In this document: positions 24,851 to 36,698 of the stretch, piece by piece
Numbering within the stretch: the stretch's first letter is position 1
Layout of the letters: every line of letters starts with the position of its first letter
Assembly (NCBI RefSeq): GCF_006345805.1
Contig: NC_042998.1
Location: 30,938,001-31,002,000, forward strand
Length of the DNA: 64,000 bases
Direction: 5' to 3'
DNA from: Octopus sinensis
Lineage: Eukaryota
The notes under the pieces: model-generated
Database searches by the model: none
Seen by the model: only the letters and a program-made list of their open reading frames with translations
What the model was told of the DNA's origin: nothing
Made by a program: the position numbers and the translations under genes

Positions 24851-26021
24851 AAAATACACTATATACTATTTAAATGTCATATATAATCCCTTAATTGCAC
24901 GAATTCAATACTGACTTGCCCAACGTGTGGACGGTTAGATATAAACGAAGTAGTCCCAACGTAAGTGTATCTAGGAGTGTATAGTCTGGTATTTTTCTGC
25001 TTTTCTGTATTTATTTTCAAGATAATATAGTGTGATTTGAAGGAAATTTGACTACTATTTCCAGCCGGTTGTGCAAATGATTTGTGTTCGGTAAACTTAC
25101 TGGAAATAGCAAGTAATTCTCCCTTTCATCATACCCTACTGTTTCAAAAAATGGCACATCGGATAAAAGTATGACAAGAAAAAACTGCCTGCGTAAGACG
25201 TTTCGGTGAAAGCTGTTCTGGGATTAAGCAGCAAGAGAAACAACAAAGACATCAACAACAAGAGCTGATGTAACTCTATCGTTACGCTTGACCTAACATA
25301 GAACGTCCCATCTTTTCTCAGACTCGGTACACCTAGGACTGTATTATTCAATGAGTCCTTTTGAAGAGAGAGAGAGTCGAGGATGATTTGAAGATCTGGC
25401 TAGCACTTCTAGCAAGTCGGGTAAATGTGTAGAGGATCCTTTGGTCAGTTTTATCGTCATTTAGCATTATGTCAAACCTTATCAGCAGCTCTATGACCCA
25501 AAGCGTTTCAGTTATTTTTTTCTTACTCTGTACTCGTCAAAGTTTAAATTAAATGGTTGAAATTGCGTCCGCAATTTTCATTCTAGCTTAATTGAAAGCA
25601 AAGGCGGCGATCCAGGAGAATCGTTAGCACGCCGGATAAAATGCTTAACGGCATTTCGTCCATTCTGAGTTCAAGTTCTGCCGAGGTCGACTTTGCTTTT
25701 GAAAATAAGTACCAGTGAAGTACTGGAGTCAGTATAATAAACTTACCTCGTCTCCCGAAGTTGCTGGCCTTGTGCCAAAACTTGAAGACAATATATTTTT
25801 TTGAATACCGATAATTCATTGATTATAAAATTGTGTGATATTCACAGGCGAATATCTCATTACTAGGATATGATTTGTAGGATATGTGGCTGGTATTTCC
25901 AACAGCGACCACGTAGACCGTCTTACCGACAACCAAATTTCAGATGATTCTTAACTCTAATTTTACGGGTTGATAAAACCAAGAATGTTGCTAAAACAAA
26001 GCTAGAATCGAACACACTGAG

Positions 26022-27649
26022 ATATTCTTTTCTACTCTAGACACAAGGCCCGAAATTTTGGGGGAGTGGGCCCAGTCGATTAGATCGATACCAGTCGCAA
26101 CAGATACTTAATTTATCGACCCCGAAATGATGAAAGGGAAAGTCGACCTCGGCGGAATTTGAATTCAGAACATAGACAGACGAAATACCCGTTTGTTTAC
26201 TACCCACAAGGGGCTAAACACAGAGGGGACAAAGAAGGGCAGACAAACGCATAAAGTCGATTACATCGACCCCAGTGCATAACTGGTACTTATTTAATCG
26301 ACCCCGAAAGGATGAAAGGCAAAGTCGACCTCGGCGAAATTGAACTTAGAACATAAAGACAGGCGAAATATCGCTTAGCATTTCGCCCAGCGCGCTAACG
26401 TTTCTGCCAGCTCGCCGCCTTTAATATTCTTTTCTACTCTAGGCACATGGCACAAAATTATGGGGGAGGGTTCCAGTCAATCTGATCGATCCCTGTATGC
26501 AACTGGCACTTAATTTATCGACCCCGAAAGGATGAAAGGCAAAGTCGACCTCGGCGGAATTTGAACCCAGAACGTAACGGCAGACGAAATACTGCTAAGC
26601 ATTTTGCCCCGGGTACACACAGAGGGGACAAAGAAGGACAGACAAACAGATTAAGTCGATTACATCGACTCCAGTGCGTAACTGGTCCTTAATTTATCGA
26701 CCCCGAAAGGATGAAAAGCAAAGTCGACTTCGGCGAAATTAGAACTCAGAATGTAAAGACGGACGAAATACCTATTTCTTTACTACCCACAAGGGGCTAA
26801 ACACAGAAGGGACAAACAAGGATAGACAAACGGATTAAGTCGATTATATCTTCCCCAGTGCATAACTGGTACTTATTTGATCGACCCCGAAAGGATGAAA
26901 AGCAAAGTCGACCTCAGCAGAATTTGAACTCAGAACGTAACGGCAGACGAAATACCTCTAAGCATTTCTCCCGGCGTGCTAACGTTTCTGCCAGCTCGGC
27001 GCTGATCACCCTGAGATATTAACAATTAACTAGGGTCCGGTCCAAAGTACGCTTTACGTCCATTAAAAAACAACCGTAATTATCAGAGGAAAGATTAGAT
27101 CGACCCTATTGTGCAACTGGTACTTAATTTATCGACCCCGAAAGGAATGAACGTCAAAGTCGACCTCGGCGGAATTTGAACTCAGAACGTAATGACAGAC
27201 GAAATACCTATTTCTTTACTACCCACAAGGGGCTAAACACAGAGGAGACAAACAAGGAAAGACAAACGGATTAAGTCGATTACATCGACCCCAGTGCGTA
27301 ACCGGTACTTAATTTATCGACCTCAGTGCGTTACTGGTACTTAATTTATCGACCCCGAAAGGATGAAAGGCAAAGTCGACCTCGGTGGAATTTGAACTCA
27401 GAACGTAACGGCAGACGAAATACTGCTAAGCATTTTGCCCCGCGTGCTAATGTTTCTTATTTATTTACTGCCCACAAGGGGGTACACACAGAGAGGACAA
27501 ACAACGACAGACAAACGGATTAAGTCGATTATATCGACCCCAGTGCGCGTAACTGGTACTTATTTAATCGACCCCGAAAGGATGAAAGGCAAAATTCAAC
27601 CTTGCGGAATTTGAACTCAGAACGTATAGACAGACAAAGTACCTATTTA

Positions 27650-27650
<1 letters not shown>
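26022..27650 (-). repeat. Tandem array of SINE-2 bodies joined by a ~60-nt linker (tail B)
   Basis: About ten body units (GAGGTCGACTTTGCCTTTCATCCTTTCGGGGTCGATAAATTAAGTACC), several separated by TTTGTCCCCTCTGTGTTTAGCCCCTTGTGGGTAGTAAAGAAATA. Confidence 0.9.
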
Positions 27651-27681
<31 letters not shown>

Positions 27682-27682
<1 letters not shown>

Positions 27683-29275
27683 CAGAGTGCAAAGCTTGTC
27701 ATCAAAGTGACACTGGGATGACATATACGAAGCCCAGTATACCCATCATGATTACCTGTCTCATAAGGGTACACCAGGCACATGCATCGCAACCATATAT
27801 GCGCGACATGATGAACTCATATCAAGATAAACAGAGCATTGCAGTTGGGGCCCAGTTAGAATTTTCTTCGGGATCAATAGCCCACCCCACTCAAAAGGTC
27901 CCCGAATAAGAGTTGCTCAAGGATGTTGAACGACACACCCATGTTTCCAAAAGTGAATTATCCAAACCCCAAAGATTTCCTCTCAGCACATGGCTATGAT
28001 GCTCCCCCACTTATTCTTCACGTGATCAGATATGCAGATATCATCAGCCACTAAGGGACATACTCAACTGATTAAGGTCAAACACCTGTCGAGCAAATCT
28101 GTGTTATTGAGCAGAATATTTGCTGTAGCCCATCCCTTATGCCAAGACTAAACAATGTACATAACACTTCCAATCAGTTAAGATCAGAAGCCACGAGAGC
28201 CACTGCCTGGTCCTGTATCGGGGCAATTATTATTATTATTATTGAGTGAGAGAGCAGTGCAGCCATCAAAGTGACACTGGGGTAAAATATACGAAGCCCA
28301 GTATACCCATCATGACTACCCATCTGATAAGGGTACACCAGGCACATGCATCACAACCATAGGTGCGCGACATGGTGATCTGATATCAAGATAAACAGCA
28401 CATAACCTTGCAAGTGGAGCCCAGCTAGAATTTTCTTCAGGTGGAGTAGACCATCCCTCTCAAAAGGTCCCTGAATAAGGGTTGTTTAAGGATGTTGAAC
28501 GAAACACCCATATTTCCAGAGGTGAATTATTCAAACCCCAAAGAATCCCTCTCAACACATGGCTATGATGATTCCCCACTACTTCTGTTCATGATCAGAG
28601 ATGCACATATCGTCAGCCACTAAGGGACATGCTCAACTGGTTAAGGTCAAACAACTGACAAGCAAATCTATGGTATTGAGCAGAATATTTGCTGTAGCCC
28701 ATCTTTTATACCAAGACAAAGTAATGTACATGATAACACTTCAAATCAGTTAAGACCAGAAGCCACGAGAGCCACTGCCTGGTACTGCATCAAGGCATGA
28801 TCATTATTATTATTATTATTATTATTATATTATTATTATTATTATTATTGACTGAGAAAGCAGAGTATGCCATCAACGTTATATTGAGGTATAAATATAC
28901 GAAGCTCAATATACCCATCATGACTACCCGACTGATAAGGGTACACTAGGCACATGCATCACAACCATATGTGAGCGACATGGTGATCTCATATCAAGAT
29001 AAACAGCACATGACCTTGCAGGTGGAACCCAGTTAGAATTTTTTTCAGGTCAAAGGTTATTTTAAGATGTTGAACGAAATACCCATGTTCCCAGAGATGA
29101 ATTATTCAAATCCCAAAGAATCCCCCTCAACACATGGCTATGATGCTCCCCCACTACTTCTGCACATGATCAGAGACGTAACATCAGCCACTAAGGGACA
29201 TGGTCAACTGGTTAAGGTCATACAACTGACAAGCAAATCTGTGGTATTGAGCAGAATATTTGCTGTAGTCCATCT
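27682..29275 (-). mobile_element. Three head-to-tail copies of the (TAA)n-flanked retroposon
   Basis: Copies 27682-28225, 28244-28798 and 28850-~29275, each separated by (ATT)n. Confidence 0.85.
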
Positions 29276-29718
29276 TCGTCGAGGTCGACTTTGTTTTTCA
29301 TCCTATCGGGATCGATTAAGTACCAGTGAAACTCTGAGATCAATATAATCAACTAGTCCCCCCTCCTCCAAATTAGGGGCCTTGTACCGATAATAGAAAA
29401 GATTCTGTTCAGAATTCAATTTCCGCCTTTCATTTTCGGTCAATTTTGCCTTCCATCCTTTCGGGTTCGATAAGATAAAGTACCAGTCAATCACTGGGGG
29501 GCGATCTGATCGATTAAACATCTCCCTACATCAGTATCGCTGTTACTACTACTACTACTACTCAGGGCCGGGCACTAGGGTTGCTGGCGCCCCGAGTAAG
29601 CTGAACTTCGGCGTATACTAGGTAACGGTTGTGGAAATTTCCTTGTCTTTGTCATACCCTCCTTGGCGACCCCTGGCACATGACGCCTCGGTTGACTGCC
29701 CGAGTTTCCAGTATATTG

Positions 29719-29837
29719 AGCTGGCTTTACTACTACTACTACTACTACTACTACTGCTACTGCTGCTGCTGCTACTACTACTACTGCTATTACTACTACT
29801 ACTACTGCTGCTGCTGCTACTACTTCTACTACTACTA
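29719..29837. repeat. (TAC)n/(TGC)n compound trinucleotide repeat
   Basis: Direct reading; explains the poly-L and poly-Y ORFs. Confidence 0.95.
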
Positions 29838-29910
29838 GGACGAGCAGTCTCGGCCGTCGGTTAGGAGTGAATTTTAGTGTTTTGCGATATTCTATTATTC
29901 TTTTACTACA

Positions 29911-32242
29911 TTATTTCATAAAATTTGCCATGACGGCATTACAAAGAGGGGACAAAGACGAACAGACATAAAAAGGTGACATAGCTGCTCCTTAATCTGG
30001 CTACGGTTTGTCTCGCAAGTCAAAATAGACTTGTTCAGCTTCCAGTAGCCGGTTCCTCTCTTAACCATTTCATGGTCAGTGTAGGACACCTGAGCAAGCT
30101 GTAGACAACTAAAGCTATCCCTATCTGTAGCTCTTATGGCTATCCTGTCTACATAAGACTTGAGCCTTCCGTCGCCATTAATCCAGGTCCACTCTGGGAC
30201 GTTCGAATGGTCAAGCCTGTACCGATCTGCTAGCTGAAATCGTTTAAACAGATCCAGGATGCGTGAGTTCTCTTTCCTACCGGGCGAGCCAACGATATAG
30301 ATGCGCGCGTCAACAATAGCGTTAAAGTCTCCTAACCCCACTAATGTCTTCGACGTCACGAGAAAGTTCTCCAGGCGCCGATAAAAATCAGTTTGGAATC
30401 CTCTAGAGTTTGATCAACCTAAAGGCCTTACTGCTGTATGTCACATCAAGGGTGACCAGCCCACTTTCAGGGTCTACATAAACCGTACTTGTCTGCAGAT
30501 CCAAGCCTTTGTGGATCAGTACCACTACACCCGCTCGTCCTCCGGTCTGGCCAAGAGACATGATTTTCTCATAGCCATTCAGGAGCAGCGAGAAGGTTTG
30601 TAAACTGTCCAGCTTGGTCTCAGTGATCTGAGGTCGTCGAGAAAATAAGCTTGCTTCCAATTCAAACTCAGACCACGCACATTCAAACAACCAAGGTTAA
30701 GTGCAGTCATTAAAAAGCAAAAGTTCTACTTACTCTTTACGGGTGACGTTGGGGCTGACCCCACCACACGCTTGTCAGCCCCTCCTTCCTCCTTCTTCTT
30801 TAGATAGTTTGGTAAATCCTGAATATTCCAAACGGCCTTTGGATGCATTTCCCTTAGCCTCCTGTATACGGTTTCTCCTGTCCAGGTACATCTCTCTTTG
30901 AGATGCATATCATACAGTTTCGTCGTGTGCTGTGATGTCACAATGTCGTTTGTGTATTGATTTCGAGGATCGAACTCGACTAGCACCAGTTTTTCTATTT
31001 CTGGGATAATTGGGCGGGATCATTTTTTTTCTGTCTGTGGTGCTAAATCTTTGTTACTTTTTGTAGGGGATAGGGATGGGGATGGTGCATGTGTTCCCTT
31101 TCGCACAACAGTATACCCCTCCTCTGCCACCTCCATAGTGTCGTCCGAGGGAGTTACACTTTTTCCTTTCGGTGCCAATAAATTTAAGGGGGCGGGTATT
31201 TTTGTTTTTGTTGGGGTTTGTGAGAGCAGGGGTTGGGTGTTTGAAGTGTTTTGTTAAGAGGCCAGCACCGCAGTTGGGGGACTGGGAATTTTTACTTGTG
31301 TGAGAGCTGGTGTGAGGGCTTGGGGACAATTTTTGGGGTTTGTGTAGGACCCGATGTCTGCGCCATTTTGTTTTTTATATTTTCTCTATTTCTTTTTTTT
31401 TCCTTTCTACACAGTCTATACGATTGTGGCCCTTTTTCCCACATTCGTAACAGGTGGGCTTCCTGCCGCCCCCCCCCCACCTGAATTCTAAGGCCCACAA
31501 GTACTCTCTCGGGAAGCATTTGAATGGCTTCCTGCGATCCCTGCACAATTGCAGTAATGGTCTGCCTGAGCCAATTCTGGGGAGCAGGGCATGTAATTTG
31601 GAGGAATTTTATTTTTTCCTCCCTGTTAATCAACAAGGCGGTCATAACCTCCTTCGGATCTGCCATCTACCCACACCATCAGCACGATTTCCCCCAACGT
31701 CACGGTCTCTGCCAAGTTCGCCAAATGACCCTCCTCCACCTGAATAATTAATTGGAGTGTCCTTCCTTTCCACCCTCCTTCTTCTGTTTCTGTGGCTTGG
31801 AGGACAGCCACCTTCACCTCGCTTCCAACAAGGACAGCTGCCGCTTCCCAAGCCACTTCTATATCCGGTGGAATTACTTCTACCCTCACCTTGTAAGTCT
31901 TTCTTCCAAGATACGTGGACAGAAGCGCTACTTCCTCCTCCTCGCTTCTTCCACTGTCCTAAACTGGACAACCACCGTTCTGTATTTACTTCCTCTTGTT
32001 ATATACGCAATTTGGCTCGATTGTTCCCTCAGTGCCTTTTCCATTTTTCCGTTTCCACCTGTTCAAACCTCTTATTCACCACGGAGTGTACTTTGTAGGT
32101 GATGGTATTCTTTTCCATATTTACCATAACCCTTTTCGGGAGTAATAACTTTACGTCACTGCCCACCTTCTGTGTCATCTTACACAGCTCGTCAAAAATC
32201 AACACAGCGAATAAACCGACGCATGCGCGTAAGCGAGCTACT
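29911..32242 (-). mobile_element. Tx1/L1-clade LINE with 5' region, ORF1 (CCHC knuckle) and endonuclease; RT deleted; 3' terminus retained
   Basis: ORF1 GRKPTCYECGKKGHNRIDC (~31410-31467); ORF2 ATG at 30710 MTALNLGCLNVRGL, QITETKL, LGDFNAI, WTWINGDGRLKSYVDRI, SYTDH, GYWKLNKSIL; then directly TTTGTCCCCTCTTTGTAATGCCGTCATGGCAAATTTTATGAAATAA. Confidence 0.85.
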
Positions 32243-33135
32243 TTATTTCATCAAATTTGCCATGACAGCATTACAAAGAGTAGCTTGCGAGATGGACAGA
32301 AACATTAATGAGATGAATGATGAAAAAAGAAGTTGAATTCAAATGATATTGATGGGAGAAGATAAAAAAACGCCCGCTGATTTTTTGCTTCTCTAAAACA
32401 TTATTCTCTTTTTTAAAAAACAAAATGAGGTATTAAACCTCTTTAGCTTATTACAATTTTTTTTTGTCTTTAAAAAGAACACGCAAAAATGAGGCAATAA
32501 ACCTCTTACCCAGACAGAGACACCAAGTCTCTTCAATCATCCCCTATCAATTCTCTTGCCGCCTGCAGGCAATCCCTCTGCCGCAAGTCGGGGCACCAAA
32601 AGATACAATTGTAATCTTCCTTCGAACAGGACTCCAATATTCGAAGGAATTCTCTTTCTTTCACCACCAGTGGCGCCACCTGCGACGGCCAATGCTGATG
32701 ATCAGTACAGTCTGAGTCCATCAGGTCCTTACCATCAAGACAACTCTCAACAAAGTTGTCAACAACCCCTCCCCTAAGATAGAATACCACATATTCTTTT
32801 ATTCACTGGAAGGGGCCACAGCTTCCTCTGTCCGTGGCACGATTCCCACCGAAGAGGCCTCGGGACAAGCCGGCAGTACACTGCACACCTCCGGCACTAT
32901 CCCATTGGTTTTTTCCTTTCTTTTTTATCTTTGATGCGGGAGGGGTTGGCTCCTTCGCCATAACCGCAGGAACCTCGCCTCCTCTCGCTACTTAATACAC
33001 AGACACTCCTGCGGCTATTTTTTTTTGTGGTGGTGGTGGGGTTCTCTTTTTTCAGCTGATTTCTTGAATTGCTCCAATAAATTTCATCAGTATTCTGCGG
33101 GGGAACAAATCGCTGTATCCAACTCCTAATACACA
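32243..33135 (-). mobile_element. Possible second Tx1-like remnant, head-to-tail upstream of the first
   Basis: 32243-32280 matches the 38-nt terminus at 29911-29948 (2 mismatches); body only weakly ORF1-like. Confidence 0.4.
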
Positions 33136-33307
33136 ATTTGTTAAATGAAAATTAACGACATCATTTCGCTTTCTATTCGATTTCCCGTCGTTGTCTTGTA
33201 ACAGAAATAAACAAATATCTTAATCTTTAATATGTTAACTTTGCTAATTTGCATTATTTACATTATTTACATTTGACAGATATTTGTCCTCACCTTGTTT
33301 GATTTTT

Positions 33308-33352
33308 AACACAACGTTTCAGCTGATATACCCTCCAGCCTTCATCAGGTGT
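33308..33352 (-). ncRNA. Minimal type I hammerhead (family C), best-preserved copy
   Basis: ACAC-CTGATGA-A-GGCTGG-AGGGTATA-TCAGCT-GAAA-CGTT-GTGT: 6-bp stem II with G.U pairs, palindromic ACGU stem III. Confidence 0.75.
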
Positions 33353-33384
33353 CTTGGGGAAATTTTGAACCTGGGTTCCCCAAG

Positions 33385-33428
33385 ACACCTGATGAAAGCT
33401 GGAGGGTATATCAGCCGAAACGTTGTGT
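33385..33428 (+). ncRNA. Minimal type I hammerhead (family C)
   Basis: ACAC-CTGATGA-A-AGCTGG-AGGGTATA-TCAGCC-GAAA-CGTT-GTGT. Confidence 0.7.
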
Positions 33429-33657
33429 TAACATCGAAAAATACCTTAGGAATGAGAACCCAGCTTCAAAATTTCCGCATAACACCTGATGAGAGTATGT
33501 CAGCCAAAACGTTGTGTTAACAACAGATAAGATGAGGACAAATATCCGTCAAATGTAAATAACGTAAATAATGTAGATAATTCCTCATCTCTTAAATATA
33601 GAACTGTATTTGTTAATTTATTTACTCAAATATTGTTTCTGTTTATCTACTTTTCAG

Positions 33658-33786
33658 GGCAACACTTTGTAATGTAACTGAACACAGCACAGTTACGAGA
33701 AATGCTTCCTGCGACTCCAATTCGTTTCTTCTGGTCCATGGTTACAAGCTCGTCACCAGTTATGGTGGTGACTGTTTATACCGAAA
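33658..33786 (+). CDS. VWD-domain secreted protein (SCO-spondin/hemolectin-like), first detected exon; EMI domain N-part
   Basis: TTTTCAG acceptor, GTAAGT donor, phase 2-2; ATLCNVTEHSTVTRNASCDSNSFLLVHGYKLVTSYGGDCLYR(K). Confidence 0.8.
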
Positions 33787-34794
33787 GTAAGTTGAATTCT
33801 ATTTTTTTAAAATTCTTAGTCTTTTATTTGCTTCAGTCATATCACTGCAGCCATGCTGGGGCAGCGCGCCTTTTAGTCGAACAAATCGATCCCAGAACAT
33901 ACTCTTTGTAAGCCTAGTACTTATTCTATCGGTCTCTTTTGCCGAACCGCTATGCCACGAGTATGTAAGCACATCAACATCGGTTGTCAAATGATGGTGG
34001 GAGTGACAAACACACACACACACACATATATATATTGAGACGCTAATTTTTTTTCTTTTCCTAGAGAGTCAAGAACACCATTGTTAAAAAAAAACAAATA
34101 ACATTGCCTGCGTATAGCGGTATTTCGTGCTCGGATCTTTTCACTTTGACCGGCAGATTTTTTTAATAATTTCTTTGTAACTAAACACTTTTAAACTTCG
34201 TATACTAGTAGAATGTGTTACATAAAACATCTTTTTCTCTTGGCTTTGTTGAGAAAATTTTGTAGTTTATAAGCTATTTCTTGTTATATTTCTTGCATTT
34301 CGGCAATTTCACCCAATCAATGACGTCTATTGAGGTGAATACAATTTCTGCGGTTGTTTGTCAACAGCAATTTCTTGCGGTATCATATCAATTTGTCACT
34401 GTTATTTATGACATATTTCATATCAGTTACGTTGGTATGGATAAAAGATTATCGTTATTAAACTTTTATTAATAAACACATATTCTAAGTTCACAACATA
34501 TGCAGTTTTAATTTTCCTCTCTGTTGCACAGATACACACATTACATATTATATATTCGTTTAAGAAACAGATTGGGTTTATTTACATTTCTGAAGAAAAA
34601 AGATACGGATCTTATCACTCTGACCAGCAGATTTTTAAAATAAATTCTTTGTAACTAAACACTTTTAAACTTCGTACACTGATAGAATGTGTTACATAAA
34701 ACATAATAAATTCAATTTGAAATTTAGAGTCGAAATTTAGATTTCTTCTAGAAACTGTATATAATATTAAATTGTTATTTTTTTCCCCTCACAG

Positions 34795-34856
34795 AGAAAT
34801 CGTAGAAACAAGTCAGACGTGTTGCGATGGTTGGACAGGACAATATTGCAACATAC
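34795..34856 (+). CDS. Exon 2; EMI domain C-part
   Basis: CCTCACAG / GTAAGT, phase 2-1; EIVETSQTCCDGWTGQYCNI(P). Confidence 0.9.
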
Positions 34857-35399
34857 GTAAGTGGGAATATTTATTCTTGAGATAGTTTCTGTAGGTATAT
34901 AGAAATTAGTGCTTAAAATTATATGTAGATGTCTGCAAACGCTCGAATTTAAGCCTTTATTGAATTCATAATGTTATTACAAATTTTATATATATATACA
35001 AACATTTATTTATTTTAAATATTTTAATTAATTATATCTTATTTTTTATTTTTTATTTAAACAAGAATATATTTGTTAAGATATTTCGTATTTTCTAAGA
35101 TTATTTACGCATATTTATCAATTTATCTAATTAATTATTTTATTGTTTTTATCTTTAGCCTGAAGAGTGACAATATTTATATTGAAGTGATTTTACTACT
35201 ATTATCATTACTATTATCATTTCTTAAATATAGCCACGAAACACGTGTCGTTATTATACTAGTATAATTTAAGCCTCTATCGAATTCATATGTGAAAAAA
35301 GGAAAGCATTCCAACCAATAATGCGCTATGAAATTATAAGTTATGTTGCCACGCAAAAGAGTTGTTATTACAGAAGCCTGATGTATTTTGATTTTAGTT

Positions 35400-36292
35400 T
35401 GTTGTGGGGTTGCTCGTGTCGACCTGGTTAATGGTGATACATTTTAAACGTCTGAGTCGCCGTGGATGACCATGTTGTAGTGTACGTCTGGAATATTGCT
35501 GCTGTTGTTGGCTGTGTGAATAAGGAATGATGCCAACCCACGAACATTTAACTTTAATATTTATTGCCGGACACGATATTTGGTGTTGGCTATTTGCAAT
35601 GACAATTAATCATAACTGCAGACTGGAAGGAGAGAAAAACCACATCGTGTCCGTAAAAACTACTTCTGGGACATTGTGGGTCTGTCTGAGAACCCGAATT
35701 CGCCTATTCGAAGTTCGAAATTGTCCACGTGAATGCCGAAGGCTGCCTGCCTGGCAAGAGATGAGTCAGTCAGCTGCCCTCAAAACTCTGCGACGAGTAA
35801 GGCGCCAAACTGTTTTTATAAGGTGGAAAAGGGTTACATTTTAGAACATCCCAGAGGCCATACCAGGCTACAGCATCAGGCTAACTTGTCGATTCATAAA
35901 TCAATCACGTGAAGCTGTGGTGGCTCGCTCGTGATGTCTAGTCGAGTATCCAGCGGTTAGGGTTCGAATGACCGGTACAAGTTCATACCACCAATTTCAA
36001 AGCTCACTCCCGTGTTTTTTTTTTACATTGGTTTCTTTATAAGCAAATCAATGTATTCGAGCTTTTCAATATATTTTTACACAGATTTGTACATGCGTGC
36101 CTTTTCTTTATGCGCACGCAATTTGTTTGTGTACATGCGTTGAGTTTAATGGATTGTTGAGGTGTTTGTAGTAAAGCTCACAGAGAACTGAGTCTGCGAT
36201 CCATTTTCGATTACTAGTTGTAATTGTGTTACTCGCTCCACTGATAATCTAATAAAAGACACGAACACCACAATTACTACTACTCAACTACA
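35400..36292 (+). mobile_element. Possible solo LTR in intron 2
   Basis: TG...CA ends, AATAAA about 40 nt before a CTACA end followed by TTGG, more GC-balanced than its flanks; no TSD found. Confidence 0.3.
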
Positions 36293-36456
36293 TTGGAGTT
36301 AGTAAGGTTGTGAAATTTCTGTTGAATACTTCTGGTCACGAAGAGTCGACCATGTCTTCGTTGCATTCATGCATGCCATGAGTTAACGTTCACTACTTAA
36401 TTTGTTTCCCATAAACGTATTCTGTAAAGTGCACTGTAACCTGTTTTTGTTTCCAG

Positions 36457-36561
36457 CAATTTGTACGATAGCATGCAAAAATGAAGGTACTTGTGTTCAA
36501 CCAAATAAATGCCAATGTATGGAGAAGTATAAAGGTTTATACTGCGAATTCAACATGGCAG
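36457..36561 (+). CDS. Exon 3; EGF-like domain
   Basis: TTCCAG / GTATGT, phase 1-1; ICTIACKNEGTCVQPNKCQCMEKYKGLYCEFNMA. Confidence 0.95.
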
Positions 36562-36698
36562 GTATGTATATGTGTTTATATTCGATACCTTCCCTAATCC
36601 TCCATTTTACTTTGTTCGCTTTCAAATCGGAAGGTTATTTGTTAGACGTCTATCATTTCTGACGTTCTATATCTTATTTAAATCCTATATTTCTAAAA

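Larger units (their letters stand above)
33245..33610. mobile_element. Family C hammerhead element in inverted + tandem (Penelope-type) arrangement
   Basis: Minus-strand tail+HHR (33245-33362), plus-strand HHR (33385-33428), linker, degenerate HHR (33481-33518), tail to 33610. Confidence 0.75.

Noticed and set aside
24900-24966. CAAC|GTAAGT donor as a 5' exon of the VWD gene
   Set aside because: No start codon, signal peptide or acceptor support; single donor motifs occur by chance in AT-rich DNA.
31626-32102. Overlapping ORFs at 31.0-32.1 kb as host genes
   Set aside because: Explained by frameshifted Tx1 ORF1 on the minus strand and its purine-rich antisense frames.
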